From an uncultured Prolixibacteraceae bacterium (GTDB lineage: Bacteria > Bacteroidota > Bacteroidia > Bacteroidales > FEN-979), in NCBI GenBank assembly GCA_964429135.1, contig CAYSAU010000017.1, positions 23,538 to 55,537 on the forward strand: 32,000 bases of DNA. The letters are read 5' to 3'. Each line of letters begins with the position of its first letter. Positions within the stretch are counted from its first letter, which is position 1. The position numbers were made by a program, and so were the translations under genes. Shown piece by piece: positions 19,601-27,966 of the stretch. Below the pieces are notes generated by a model. The model saw nothing but the letters and a program-made list of their open reading frames with translations. It ran no database searches and was not told where the DNA came from.

Positions 19601-19895
19601 TTTCTTCGCCAATGGTTCCTGAAACGCAGATAAACGGTGTCTCGGGACAAAGCTCCCTGCATATTTCCAAGGCTCCGAAAGCATCAAATCCCGGGAGTTT
19701 GAAATCAGCCAGGATGAGATCGAAGCTGGTTTCGCGCAGCAAGGCAGTGAAGCCTTCTTCATTCTCAACATGGGTCAGATCCAGTCGATAACCTGCAGTT
19801 AATAACTGTTCGCGCATTAACTCCATGTCCCTGAGTGAATCCTCCAGAACAAGAACCTTAAGTTCTTTGCTTTCGGTCTCTGTTTTTACCTTCAT
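16665..19895 (-). CDS. Hybrid sensor histidine kinase/response regulator: REC-PAS-GAF-PAS-PAS-HisKA-HATPase-REC
   Basis: 1076 aa; N-terminal receiver KVLVLEDSLRDMELMREQL...DLILADFKLPG; PAS repeats; FINNISHEIRTPLNGILGF H-box; GRGIAP and GSGLGLSIASGLVKLLGG ATPase boxes; C-terminal receiver VLLAEDEESNYFYMEVVL...LVLMDIKMPVMNG. Confidence 0.93.
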   Translation of the reverse strand: MKVKTETESKELKVLVLEDSLRDMELMREQLLTAGYRLDLTHVENEEGFTALLRETSFDLILADFKLPGFDAFGALEICRELCPETPFICVSGTIGEETAVELLKLGAVDYVLKDRHERLPIAVKRALEEARVKADYQKTSESLRKSESQFKSMFENMASASCLDEIIYENGKAVDYIILDMNPAYNRIIGKNRGEVIGIKASELYGTKKIPFLETYAQVAETGEPAEFEAYFPPLDKYLHVTAGCPQRGFFSTVFSDITQRKQAEEALRLSEKHKAFLAQTAFEMVELTSIQEIYTYTVHKLYELFEGHSIVALLEYDPSQNRWKIKHTEGIGKKTAELSRLLGFDINKLEGEISTKYYEKITSGRLEEMEFDFPGLFNDRLSAAIGNTVKKMFSIEKMYSIAFQQDTQIIGNVTFTTNTKSEPINTELIEAFIQQASIIIKKQKTEEKLKESEDRFKKLASFTFEGIIIHNNAITIDVNQSAVKMLGYERDELTGMHLFNLIHPVSHAIVKANLSKKVATPYQIKVIRKDGSTFDAEIEAKDIFYNGEYFRVACIRDITEHIQLEEQAIKLSRIVEQSSISVMITNIEGIIEYVNPFFTELTGYCFDEVKGKKTNILKSGHHSKAFYKEVWDTILSGNNWEGEFLNKKKSGELYWAKAIISSIVNREGVITNFVSIKQDITDRKRTLEALVAAKEKAQESDKLKTAFINNISHEIRTPLNGILGFGKLMLDEGISLEDKEKMLAMVQQSSNRLMNTVRDYMDMARIFSGTMEVHKKEFLLQPFFEEITKDVMQLCTSKSISFETDNHHDADLVLDSDPELIGKTLHALLDNALKFTERGSIGCGYKLNEGFVEFYVKDTGRGIAPKMLDEIFTMFTQEDPSDKRGHEGSGLGLSIASGLVKLLGGAISATSEKGKGSSFTFTVPYVVREHADKTLPAGKKNTSPVRKPLVLLAEDEESNYFYMEVVLRLAGCDYLLAKNGEEAVSLCKQYSDISLVLMDIKMPVMNGLEATTRIREFRPELPIIATTAYAQTGDEQRFLAAGCDGYLAKPIQKEKLFAILKQYSTLTATRDFVD

Positions 19896-19898
19896 CGT

Positions 19899-20339
19899 TT
19901 ATTCCATTGAGGGTTTTTCATTCAGCATGGCCCAGAACACGCCGATGTGTTTTACCGCTTCAAGAAAATCCTTGAAGTTTACCGGTTTCACCACATAGGC
20001 ATTGACACCCAGGGCATAGCATTTTTTCAGGTCGGATTCTTCGCGAGAAGCTGTAAGCATGACTATTGGAAGCATTTTTAATTTTTCATCGCGCCGGATG
20101 GCTTCCAGCGTTTCAATGCCATCCATACGAGGCATTTTAATATCCAGCAGCAGCACAACTGGGTTCCCCTTTTTACGGGTTTTGAACCGGCCTTCATAAT
20201 TCAGGTATTCCATTACTTCCACACCGTCGTTAGCCACAACCACCTGGTTCGCGAGCTTATGTTCCTTTAATGCTTCAAGGGTCAGTTCCACGTCCTGAGG
20301 ATTGTCTTCGGCTAGCAATATTGTTTTTAATTCATTCAT
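19899..20339 (-). CDS. Stand-alone response regulator receiver (Rcp1-like)
   Basis: MNELKTILLAEDNPQDVELTLEALKEHKLANQVVVANDGVEVMEYLNYEGRF...VVLLLDIKMPRMDGIETLEAIR...MLTASREESD...GVNAYVVKPVNFKDF. Start at Met25 of the track ORF (20339). Confidence 0.93.
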   Translation of the reverse strand: MNELKTILLAEDNPQDVELTLEALKEHKLANQVVVANDGVEVMEYLNYEGRFKTRKKGNPVVLLLDIKMPRMDGIETLEAIRRDEKLKMLPIVMLTASREESDLKKCYALGVNAYVVKPVNFKDFLEAVKHIGVFWAMLNEKPSME

Positions 20340-20344
20340 GATCA

Positions 20345-22375
20345 TTACCCTTTGTTTTTTGGTAAACTGAAAAAGAATGTTGCCCCTTGACCGGGTTCTG
20401 CTTCGGCCCAAACCCGTCCTTTATGCTTATGAATAATGCGTTGTACATTGGCAAGTCCTATGCCTGTGCCTTCAAATTCGGCCACGGAATGTAGCCGTTG
20501 AAAAACGCCAAACAATTTGTGTGCATATTTCATATTAAAACCCACCCCGTTATCACGAACGAAAAATACGAAATTTTTCTCTTCCTCTTTGAAGCCAATG
20601 GATATTTCTGCCTTTTTGATAAACCGGGTAAATTTAACGGCATTCTCAAGCAAATTCACCCAAACCTGTTTCAGCAGGGAATAATCTCCCGAAACATGTG
20701 GCAATTCCTGTACTTCCCAGCGAATCTCTCTTTTTTCTGTATCTTGTTTTAAAGTTTCAACTACCTCCCTTACCAGCCTGTTCATTTCTATTTTGGTTTT
20801 TTGGACCTCCTGGCGGCCGGTTCTTGAGAACTTCAACAAATCATCGATGAGTGTTCCCATTTGTCCGGCAGCATCTGTTATAGTTGTCAGATAATATTGC
20901 GCTTTTTCGGGCAGGTCGGCGCTGAATTTATCAATCAGCAAATTTACGTATCCATTAATGTGGCGCAAGGGCGCCCGCAGATCATGGGAAACCGAATAAG
21001 TAAAAGCTTCAAGTTCCTTGATTGTTGCATCGAGTTGGGCAGTGCGGTCAATGACACGCTGTTCCAGTTGCTCGTTCAGTTTCTGGATCTCTTTCTCCGT
21101 GGTTTTGCGCTTGGTGATATCAGTCATAATATGCACAGCGCCAACTAATTCCTGGTTTTCGTCAAGAATCGGGTCCACCACCACTTCAAACACCGATTCG
21201 CCAAGAGCCAGTTCCATCAACTCTCTGTTTTTACTTATTCTTGTTCGCACGAATGGGCAATTTTCTATCGGATTTTCAGTACCGTGGATTAAATGAAAGC
21301 ACTGTTTTCCAAATGGATTACTTGAACCGCGCTCAATAATTTTTTGAAAAGCTTTATTCTGCTGAACTACCTTTTGATCACTATCGAGAATTGCAATCCC
21401 ATCTTGAATGGAATCAAAAGTTTTGCTCCAATGACGGGAGGCTTGCTGAATCTTTTGCTCGGCTTGCTTTTGTTCGGTGATATCTCTAAATTCAACAGTT
21501 CTGACAGTTTTTCCTTTATATGGGATATTTCTTGCTTCCAGTCTAATCGGATACAATTCTCCATTTTTGCGTAAACCAACGGCTTCATAAGGTTTTTCGT
21601 AGCCAGACAAAATATTATTCATAACCTTATCCCTTGTTTCCGGAGCGATAAGCAATAAACCGTCCATCCCAATCAGTTCATCGTAAGAATAGCCTGTTAT
21701 TTTCGAAAGTCCCTGATTGCACTCTAAAATAAGCCCTTTATCATGAATGGTAATACCGCCAAAAGAGGCATCATGCAAAGCTTTAAAGCGTTCTTCACTT
21801 TCGCGAAGCACCTGCTCCACCTGTTTAAGCTCCTTATTTGTTGCCTGATGTTTTTCATTGTCGCGGGATAATTTTTGAATGATATCGGCATCTCTGTAAT
21901 TTTCTGTCAACCCCAAAGAAAAAATCAACGCCAGATCCAGTTCAATCACTTTTTTGAATTGCAGCAATAACATTTCGTCCTCAGCACTAAATGGTCTTTC
22001 TTTATTGTCAAGCACACATATAGTCCCAAAAGGTGTTTGATCCGGGAAATTTATCGGATAACCGAGGTAAGCTATCATCCCGAGTTTTATATCGGGATTC
22101 TTCTCCCAATACTTATTTTTCAAGGCATTGGGAATGCGAAGCTTTTTTTGCGTTTTGATCACCGTTTCGCAATACAATCCATACCAATGATCTTTGTCGC
22201 CAACTTTATATGGATTATTTTCCGTTTCACTTGAAGTGAAAACTTCCATATATTCATTTTCGGTTTTCATGATCAAAGCTGCGGGAACATGCATAATACC
22301 TGCAATTAAGTTCGCTATTTCCTGCCACTTTTTTAAAAAACCACGAGGTATCTTCTCAAATGAATTTTCCTGCAT
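20345..22375 (-). CDS. Sensor histidine kinase: GAF-PAS-PAS-HisKA-HATPase
   Basis: 676 aa; GAF-like N-terminus (WYGLYCETVIKTQKKLRIPNALKNKYW...FGTICVLDNKERPFSAEDEMLL), two PAS, YSVSHDLRAPLRHINGY H-box, VRDNGVGFNMKYAHKLFGVFQRLHSVAEFEGTGIGLANVQRIIHKHKGRVWAEAEPGQGATFFFSLP. Confidence 0.93.
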   Translation of the reverse strand: MQENSFEKIPRGFLKKWQEIANLIAGIMHVPAALIMKTENEYMEVFTSSETENNPYKVGDKDHWYGLYCETVIKTQKKLRIPNALKNKYWEKNPDIKLGMIAYLGYPINFPDQTPFGTICVLDNKERPFSAEDEMLLLQFKKVIELDLALIFSLGLTENYRDADIIQKLSRDNEKHQATNKELKQVEQVLRESEERFKALHDASFGGITIHDKGLILECNQGLSKITGYSYDELIGMDGLLLIAPETRDKVMNNILSGYEKPYEAVGLRKNGELYPIRLEARNIPYKGKTVRTVEFRDITEQKQAEQKIQQASRHWSKTFDSIQDGIAILDSDQKVVQQNKAFQKIIERGSSNPFGKQCFHLIHGTENPIENCPFVRTRISKNRELMELALGESVFEVVVDPILDENQELVGAVHIMTDITKRKTTEKEIQKLNEQLEQRVIDRTAQLDATIKELEAFTYSVSHDLRAPLRHINGYVNLLIDKFSADLPEKAQYYLTTITDAAGQMGTLIDDLLKFSRTGRQEVQKTKIEMNRLVREVVETLKQDTEKREIRWEVQELPHVSGDYSLLKQVWVNLLENAVKFTRFIKKAEISIGFKEEEKNFVFFVRDNGVGFNMKYAHKLFGVFQRLHSVAEFEGTGIGLANVQRIIHKHKGRVWAEAEPGQGATFFFSLPKNKG

Positions 22376-22436
22376 ATTATTTCCCCTTTTTATAACGGAT
22401 CATTGAATCTTCAAAAATAAAAATTTAAATATAATC

Positions 22437-23183
22437 CTATTCCTGCGTTTTCTTCTTCAGGAAAGGGTAGAGGATACTGTACCCGTAGCCCAGTACAAGC
22501 ATCCCCATGCCCCACCAGAATGCCAGCGGAGAATCAAACCACCATAGCAGCGCAAAGATGACAATAAGCAGGATCATCGGTATCATCACAACTGGTTTTT
22601 TAGTAGGAGCCGGATAATGAATCCCTGAAACCTGAAGAATGATGGCTGCCGCCACGCTTAGAAATAACACCCCCTGTTCCCAGGCAGGCAAAGTCAACTC
22701 TTCGTCGGGAAGGAGAAGAAAAATCCACATCGCCACGAATCCGGCAATCAGCGTAACCGGTAAACCGGTATATCCTTTAAGTCCGCGTACCGTATCCATC
22801 ACCCGGAATTTCGATAACCGCATCGCACCGGAAGCGACCATCAATGTGGGGAAGAGGGACCTGACTGCCAGTGCCTGTCCGGGAAGTGTAACCGTAAACA
22901 CCAACACTGCCGGAGCGACCGAAAAAGAGAGGAAGTCGACGAAGGTATCGAGTTCGGCTCCAAATGCGCTGGTACCTCGCACCCAACGTGCTACCGCCCC
23001 ATCTAAGGAATCAAAAATCCAGGCCAGGAAGATGAGCAGACAACCCATAGCAACCGGTTCTCGCTCGTCATTAACCATTCCATGAAAAACGAAGATTATG
23101 CTTAGAAAACCGGAGAACAGCGCAAGTATGGTAATGCTGCAGGGAAGCCATTGCCTCCACCCGGAAATGGGGAAGATGTTCAT
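22437..23183 (-). CDS. pssA: CDP-alcohol phosphatidyltransferase, probable CDP-diacylglycerol--serine O-phosphatidyltransferase
   Basis: DGAVARWVRGTSAFGAELDTFVDFLSFSVAPA matches DGx2ARx8Gx3Dx3D; multiple TM segments; 35 bp from psd. Confidence 0.85.
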   Translation of the reverse strand: MNIFPISGWRQWLPCSITILALFSGFLSIIFVFHGMVNDEREPVAMGCLLIFLAWIFDSLDGAVARWVRGTSAFGAELDTFVDFLSFSVAPAVLVFTVTLPGQALAVRSLFPTLMVASGAMRLSKFRVMDTVRGLKGYTGLPVTLIAGFVAMWIFLLLPDEELTLPAWEQGVLFLSVAAAIILQVSGIHYPAPTKKPVVMIPMILLIVIFALLWWFDSPLAFWWGMGMLVLGYGYSILYPFLKKKTQE

Positions 23184-23218
23184 CTGTAACTTGTTTATCT
23201 GTTGAAATTATATATATG

Positions 23219-23959
23219 TTATGCCAATCTTACTGTCATCAATTCAGCAACAGGCGTAACCCCAGCGGTGACCCATTCGCCCGGTTTGACCAGCATTCTT
23301 ACCTGCGGTTCGGGGAGGTAAAGGTCAAGGCGGGACCCGAATTTCATCATGCCGATACGTTCACCCTGCTTCACGGGAACGGAACGGGTTGTATCAGGCC
23401 AATATACCACTCGTCGCGCGATCGGACCCACGATCTGAAAAACCAGGCATCCAGTATATTTGTTTACGATACGGATCGCGTTATGCTGGTTCACAGCCGA
23501 AGATTTTTCTTTGATCGTCAACAGATGTTTCCCAGGGTAATAGCCCAGGAATTCAGATTCTCCACCGATTGGAGCCCGGTTCACATGGACATCCATCAGG
23601 CTCAGAAACACACTAATCCTAACCACCGGTACATTGGAAAATTCTTCCAGTTTGTCCACAGTGGTCATTTTCAGGCCGGAATCCAGACAGATTTTCCTGA
23701 ATTCAGCGGCTGAAAAACAGTTAATGCTGGTGACCTTCCCGTCTGCAGCCGATAAAATCAGGCGTTCATCCTCCTGAACATCCCGGTCTGGATCACGGAA
23801 AAACCAGATCAGGTAAGCCGTCAGGACTGTCAGAACCGGGATCATGACGACAAGCATTAGTTTGGATGATATCCCGGAGAAGGTCACGCTTGTTGCAATG
23901 ACTGCTCCTGTCAACCAGACTGCTACAAGATGCGATATGACCTCTTTTCGGATTTTCAT
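23219..23959 (-). CDS. psd: Phosphatidylserine decarboxylase proenzyme
   Basis: RIGMMKFGSRLDLYLP (GS self-cleavage context), IRKEVI...TVLTAYLIWFFRDPDRD N-terminus, FLSLMDVHVNRAPI. Confidence 0.9.
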   Translation of the reverse strand: MKIRKEVISHLVAVWLTGAVIATSVTFSGISSKLMLVVMIPVLTVLTAYLIWFFRDPDRDVQEDERLILSAADGKVTSINCFSAAEFRKICLDSGLKMTTVDKLEEFSNVPVVRISVFLSLMDVHVNRAPIGGESEFLGYYPGKHLLTIKEKSSAVNQHNAIRIVNKYTGCLVFQIVGPIARRVVYWPDTTRSVPVKQGERIGMMKFGSRLDLYLPEPQVRMLVKPGEWVTAGVTPVAELMTVRLA

Positions 23960-23960
23960 C

Positions 23961-24863
23961 TTAAAAAGCTATTATTTCCCAGAAACCCAGTAGGATAAAC
24001 GCCAATCCCATCAGAAGATGGCAGATCACTACCCCAATCAGGTTATGATGTCTGGCATACAGCCATCCCCATAAAAGGCTGATTGAAAATGTCATCAGGG
24101 CAAAAGGGAGCGAATAGACCGTATGGATCGCACCAAAGATCAGAGAGACAGCAACTACTGACCAGAAAACTTTCCCTTTTCCCAACAGTATTAGTTCGGT
24201 AGAGCTCTGAATCACCCCTCTGATCAGAAACTCCTGTAGCGGAGCGCTGATGATGTAAGTGTAAAGAAACAAGGTACTCAGCTCCTCGAAGGCAATCAGC
24301 GATTTTCCCTTTAGCAATGTTTCGGAATGTATCATCACGATCTTGAGAACCACCAAACCGGCAACAATCACTCCGGAGGCAAGCAACGCCTCTGTAACCG
24401 ATTTTCTCCAGTTATTCAGGGTAACTCCATAGGCCGAAAGAGGAAAACCACTTTTACGTATCAGGAGGACCATCAGTACCACTTGGCTTAGCACGAAAAA
24501 TAACCCAAACCAACGTATCAAAACTGGTTTGGAAGCATCGAACAAACCAGGCTGATAGAAAAATGCAAGTAAAAAAATGTAAATACTGACTCCGATCGCG
24601 AACCAAAGGAGAAGACTCGAAGCAACCGTTCGTAATTTGAGGGACTCTGCCAGCTCCTCATTTTTTTGTTGCAGGGCAAACTCCCGTGCTTCCACCTTAA
24701 CCGACATCATGCCAAAGACCTCTGCCAGCTCGGCAACTTCCGGTGGGTTCCTGGTTTCGTCAGTATACTGTAATAAATCATCCACATTCTGGTAAGAACC
24801 CTGGGTGATCTTGCGGGCATGTTCAGTGATGGAGTGGATTGCTTCTTTTGTTTCTTCTGCCAT
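23961..24863 (-). CDS. HAMP-like domain + CPBP (Abi/Rce1-like) family integral membrane protein, paralog 1
   Basis: N-terminus ITQGSYQNVDDLLQYTDETRNPPEVAELAEVFGMMSVKVEAREFALQQKNEEL; CPBP-like PLQEFLIRGVIQ, LIFGAIHT, VVICHLLMG. Stop lies 1 nt upstream of the psd start codon. Confidence 0.8.
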   Translation of the reverse strand: MAEETKEAIHSITEHARKITQGSYQNVDDLLQYTDETRNPPEVAELAEVFGMMSVKVEAREFALQQKNEELAESLKLRTVASSLLLWFAIGVSIYIFLLAFFYQPGLFDASKPVLIRWFGLFFVLSQVVLMVLLIRKSGFPLSAYGVTLNNWRKSVTEALLASGVIVAGLVVLKIVMIHSETLLKGKSLIAFEELSTLFLYTYIISAPLQEFLIRGVIQSSTELILLGKGKVFWSVVAVSLIFGAIHTVYSLPFALMTFSISLLWGWLYARHHNLIGVVICHLLMGLAFILLGFWEIIAF

Positions 24864-24888
24864 GGTCTATATGGGGTACTGCATTGCC

Positions 24889-24896
24889 CAAAAATA
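24889..24896 (-). promoter_or_regulatory. Candidate -7 box (TATTTTTG) for the CPBP-psd-pssA operon
   Basis: Minus-strand TATTTTTG matching TAnnTTTG, about 25 nt upstream of the CPBP start. Confidence 0.4.
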
Positions 24897-25030
24897 CAAA
24901 AACGATTTCATTTAATTGGCATATTGATGAGAGAGATCAGACTGATTACACCGATTTTACCCGAGGTTATCCTTAGTACCAGTGTCATTCGTGTTCTATT
25001 CTCAAATTGTAATAGAATTTGTCCCTAACG

Positions 25031-26830
25031 CTATTCCATCATTACATTAATACAAACTCCTGGTCCTGTATTGGCAATGATCGCCGGGGTAGAATACTCA
25101 ATAAACAGAGGTTTTTGTCCGGTTAACTTCTCCATAAATTCCAAATAAAACGCAACTTTTTCAGAGTCCTTGGCATGCGTAATAGCATAACCCCATACCG
25201 GTCGACCGGTAATCTCTTTCGTAACATTCCGGATAACATTCTGCAAACTACCCTTTAGCGAAAAGGATTTTGCAAAAACTTCGGCTGTTCCCTCATTGTT
25301 TATAGCAATGGCAGGCTTAATATCTAATAAGTTGGCAATGAAACCTTTTAGCGGACTTACCCGTCCGCTTTTTGCAATATACTTCAGAGAATCGAATCCC
25401 GCCCGTAAGATGATCTTTGATTTCCATAAAGGCACCCACTGCAGGATTTCTTCGTGCGAGGCTCCCGAAGCAATGGCGCGTGCAATCCTGAGTACCAGCA
25501 AGCCTTCTCCACCCGACAGGGAAGCTGAATTCACCACATCTATTCTTTTCTTATAGAGATTTTGCATTTCCCGGGCTACCTTCAGACTGGCCGCCCAGGT
25601 TCCCGTCATTTTTTCACTGAAATGGACAGCGATAACAGACTGGTAACGAGAGAGCAGATACTCATAGGTATGTTCAAATTCCCGGGCCGAATTTTGAGAG
25701 GTGGTTGGCCGGATCGATGAGGTTTTCATTTTCTCATAGAATTCCAGCGGCATCAGGGTGATCCGGTCAAGATAAAATTCCTCTCCGAAATGGAGGATGA
25801 ATGGGATCACATGAATCTGGTATTGATCCAGTATCTGTTGAGGCAGATCACAACCCGAGTCGGTCATTAAGGCGATATCCGACTTCCGGTTTAGCCGGAT
25901 CTCCTGCTGCATCACCATATCATCCGCTTTCTGGTAACTCAACGTTCCCATCTGTTGCAGATGGGCTACCATCTGATCCGGCCGATCGGTATGAAGATGT
26001 ATGTGAAGTTTACGGGGGGAACCGGCAACCACTAGAGAATCGCCTAGTTCTCCTATCTTTTCTGCTATTGTTTTCTTATCCAGCCGATCCCCTGAGATGA
26101 GCGCTTCAGTACAATACCGGTAAGTGATCTTCTCATGAGGAAGCTGAGACCATTCAGCTTGTTCCTCTTCATATGTATTTGGTAGAAAACTTCTTTCCTG
26201 GTCTCCATAAAGGAAGAAATCGCGGATCCCTTCCAGAAAAAAGACAAATCCTTTACCGCCGGCATCCACCACCTGGGCCCTTGCAAGCAGAGCCAGCTGG
26301 CTGGTCGTGGCTGCCAGGGATTCCAATGCCCGGTTGTAGGCTTCTGAAAACAAAGAAACAAAATCATCTACCCTGTCACGCAAGTTATACAAACAGTCAG
26401 CCCAGTCGCTGATCACCGTCAGAATTGTCCCTTCAACCGGGTTGGATATGGCTTCGTAAGCATACCTGACGGCTTGTTTCATGCTCTCTGCGAAGGAATT
26501 GATATTCAAAGTCTCATGGTCGGGGATCTCGTTGCTGAACCCATACAGGAACTGTGCAAAGATGATTCCGGAGTTTCCACGGGCTCCTGTCAGAGCAGCA
26601 TCGGCCATTGCAACAACTGTTCTCTTTGCATCACTATCAGGTTTGGTAGCCTCTGTCATATACCGCAACGTCCAGGCAAGATTAGTGCCCGTATCGGCGT
26701 CTGCTAACGGAAATACATTGATGTCGTTGAGCAGTTTCTGGTTTTGTGAAATGCGCTGTGCCCCGGCACGAAAGGCGTAATAGAGCTGCTGTCCGTCAAT
26801 TTTGTTGATTTGTTGGATAATCATTATCAT
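25031..26830 (-). CDS. DAK2-DegV fusion protein (FakA-like kinase domain fused to a DegV fatty-acid-binding domain)
   Basis: 599 aa; N-terminal NVFPLADADTGTNLAWTLR and ALTGARGNSGIIFAQFLYG, DAGGKGFVFFLEG; C-terminal IALMTDSGCDLPQQILDQYQIHVIPF, RPTTSQNSAREFEHTYEYLL, RAGFDSLKYIAKSGRVSPLKGFIANLLDIKP. Confidence 0.88.
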   Translation of the reverse strand: MIMIIQQINKIDGQQLYYAFRAGAQRISQNQKLLNDINVFPLADADTGTNLAWTLRYMTEATKPDSDAKRTVVAMADAALTGARGNSGIIFAQFLYGFSNEIPDHETLNINSFAESMKQAVRYAYEAISNPVEGTILTVISDWADCLYNLRDRVDDFVSLFSEAYNRALESLAATTSQLALLARAQVVDAGGKGFVFFLEGIRDFFLYGDQERSFLPNTYEEEQAEWSQLPHEKITYRYCTEALISGDRLDKKTIAEKIGELGDSLVVAGSPRKLHIHLHTDRPDQMVAHLQQMGTLSYQKADDMVMQQEIRLNRKSDIALMTDSGCDLPQQILDQYQIHVIPFILHFGEEFYLDRITLMPLEFYEKMKTSSIRPTTSQNSAREFEHTYEYLLSRYQSVIAVHFSEKMTGTWAASLKVAREMQNLYKKRIDVVNSASLSGGEGLLVLRIARAIASGASHEEILQWVPLWKSKIILRAGFDSLKYIAKSGRVSPLKGFIANLLDIKPAIAINNEGTAEVFAKSFSLKGSLQNVIRNVTKEITGRPVWGYAITHAKDSEKVAFYLEFMEKLTGQKPLFIEYSTPAIIANTGPGVCINVMME

Positions 26831-26854
26831 CTTTTTATTTCAGGTAAAAGTATA

Positions 26855-26862
26855 TAATTTTG
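26855..26862 (+). promoter_or_regulatory. Candidate -7 box (TAATTTTG)
   Basis: Matches TAnnTTTG; overlaps the track start at 26860 and therefore argues for a downstream start at 26878/26881. Confidence 0.4.
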
Positions 26863-26877
26863 GTTCAGATTTTCGGG

Positions 26878-27966
26878 ATGATGAACTACAATAACATAAC
26901 TGGTATTGTAACAAACAAACTGACGTGGTCCGGTGACCAAGAGATGGTTGATCGGATGGCCAATCACTATCGGGTGTGGCAACTGCTGCGGGATAACCGA
27001 ACCTGGGCTTCTCCTCTTGTAGAATCTTATGCATTCACTCTGCTTCCGGAGTCGGTCAGTCTTTCCGATTGTCATGCCTTCATCAACCGGATGATGGATC
27101 TTTTCCTCCGGAATCCTTTTTTGGTAAGGTTTCTGGATAAAGCTTCCGGCAAGGCATTTCCGGTACTCCGGCACCGGTTGCAAACCGAAGGTCATAAAGT
27201 TATCACAGATGCCCTGGCATTCGCAATGGCACTGGAGCGACTCACCCGTGCCTGTTACCAGGATGCCCTGTTTTTTGAAGAGTGTATAAGGATCCTCCGG
27301 GAAAGAAGTAAAAAACAAAAGTCCTGGAACGCTATTCCCCTTTTCTATCAGATCAAAGCAATATCTCTTGAACCGGTAATCCGGTCGATGATAGGCGCCC
27401 ACAAGCGGCCACCCGAAAAACTTGGAAAGAGTTCTGGTTCCCGGGCGTTGCAGATCAATATTCTGGAAGCCACTTTTTCGGACTGGTTGATGGGATTGTA
27501 CGACAATGCCATGACAGGGTGGGTGTTGGCTATCCACAAAGCAGGAAAACACAGGATAGATCCTGCTACCGGTGCAGGACCGAACTTCTGGGAAGAGAGC
27601 CGGAAAGCCTTAGGGATCCGGCCTCCTTTGCCAGGGAAATGGGTTGACCTTTACCAGGCTTGGAATATGGCCTTTGTGTCAAAAATGTATGACTTTCCCT
27701 ATATCATAGCCAAATTACTAATCCCTCAGGTGGCTGATTACCAAAATCATTCGGAAATCTATATGTACAACAGAGTGATCGCTCTTTACCTGTATATGAG
27801 TTATTTTTCTTTTGACACAGCGGATCCGGAGCGAAGACTACTGATCCGGATGCGCTGGAATGACGAACAGTTGACTCGCACGTGGGGTAAAATCAACAGG
27901 GAATGCGCCAGAGAATATGTTCTCAGCGTCAGGCAGGCAAAACGGAGTCAACAACAAAAAAAATGA
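26878..27966 (+). CDS. Hypothetical protein (~362 aa, soluble, no family recognised)
   Basis: Long open frame divergent from DAK2-DegV; track start is at 26860 but overlaps a likely -7 box; the MMNYNN codons at 26878/26881 are better starts. Confidence 0.75.
   Translation: MMNYNNITGIVTNKLTWSGDQEMVDRMANHYRVWQLLRDNRTWASPLVESYAFTLLPESVSLSDCHAFINRMMDLFLRNPFLVRFLDKASGKAFPVLRHRLQTEGHKVITDALAFAMALERLTRACYQDALFFEECIRILRERSKKQKSWNAIPLFYQIKAISLEPVIRSMIGAHKRPPEKLGKSSGSRALQINILEATFSDWLMGLYDNAMTGWVLAIHKAGKHRIDPATGAGPNFWEESRKALGIRPPLPGKWVDLYQAWNMAFVSKMYDFPYIIAKLLIPQVADYQNHSEIYMYNRVIALYLYMSYFSFDTADPERRLLIRMRWNDEQLTRTWGKINRECAREYVLSVRQAKRSQQQKK

Noticed and set aside
22639-23085. 148-aa Ser/Thr/Arg-rich plus-strand ORF over pssA
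   Set aside because: Composition typical of an antisense shadow frame; pssA has an intact catalytic motif on the other strand.
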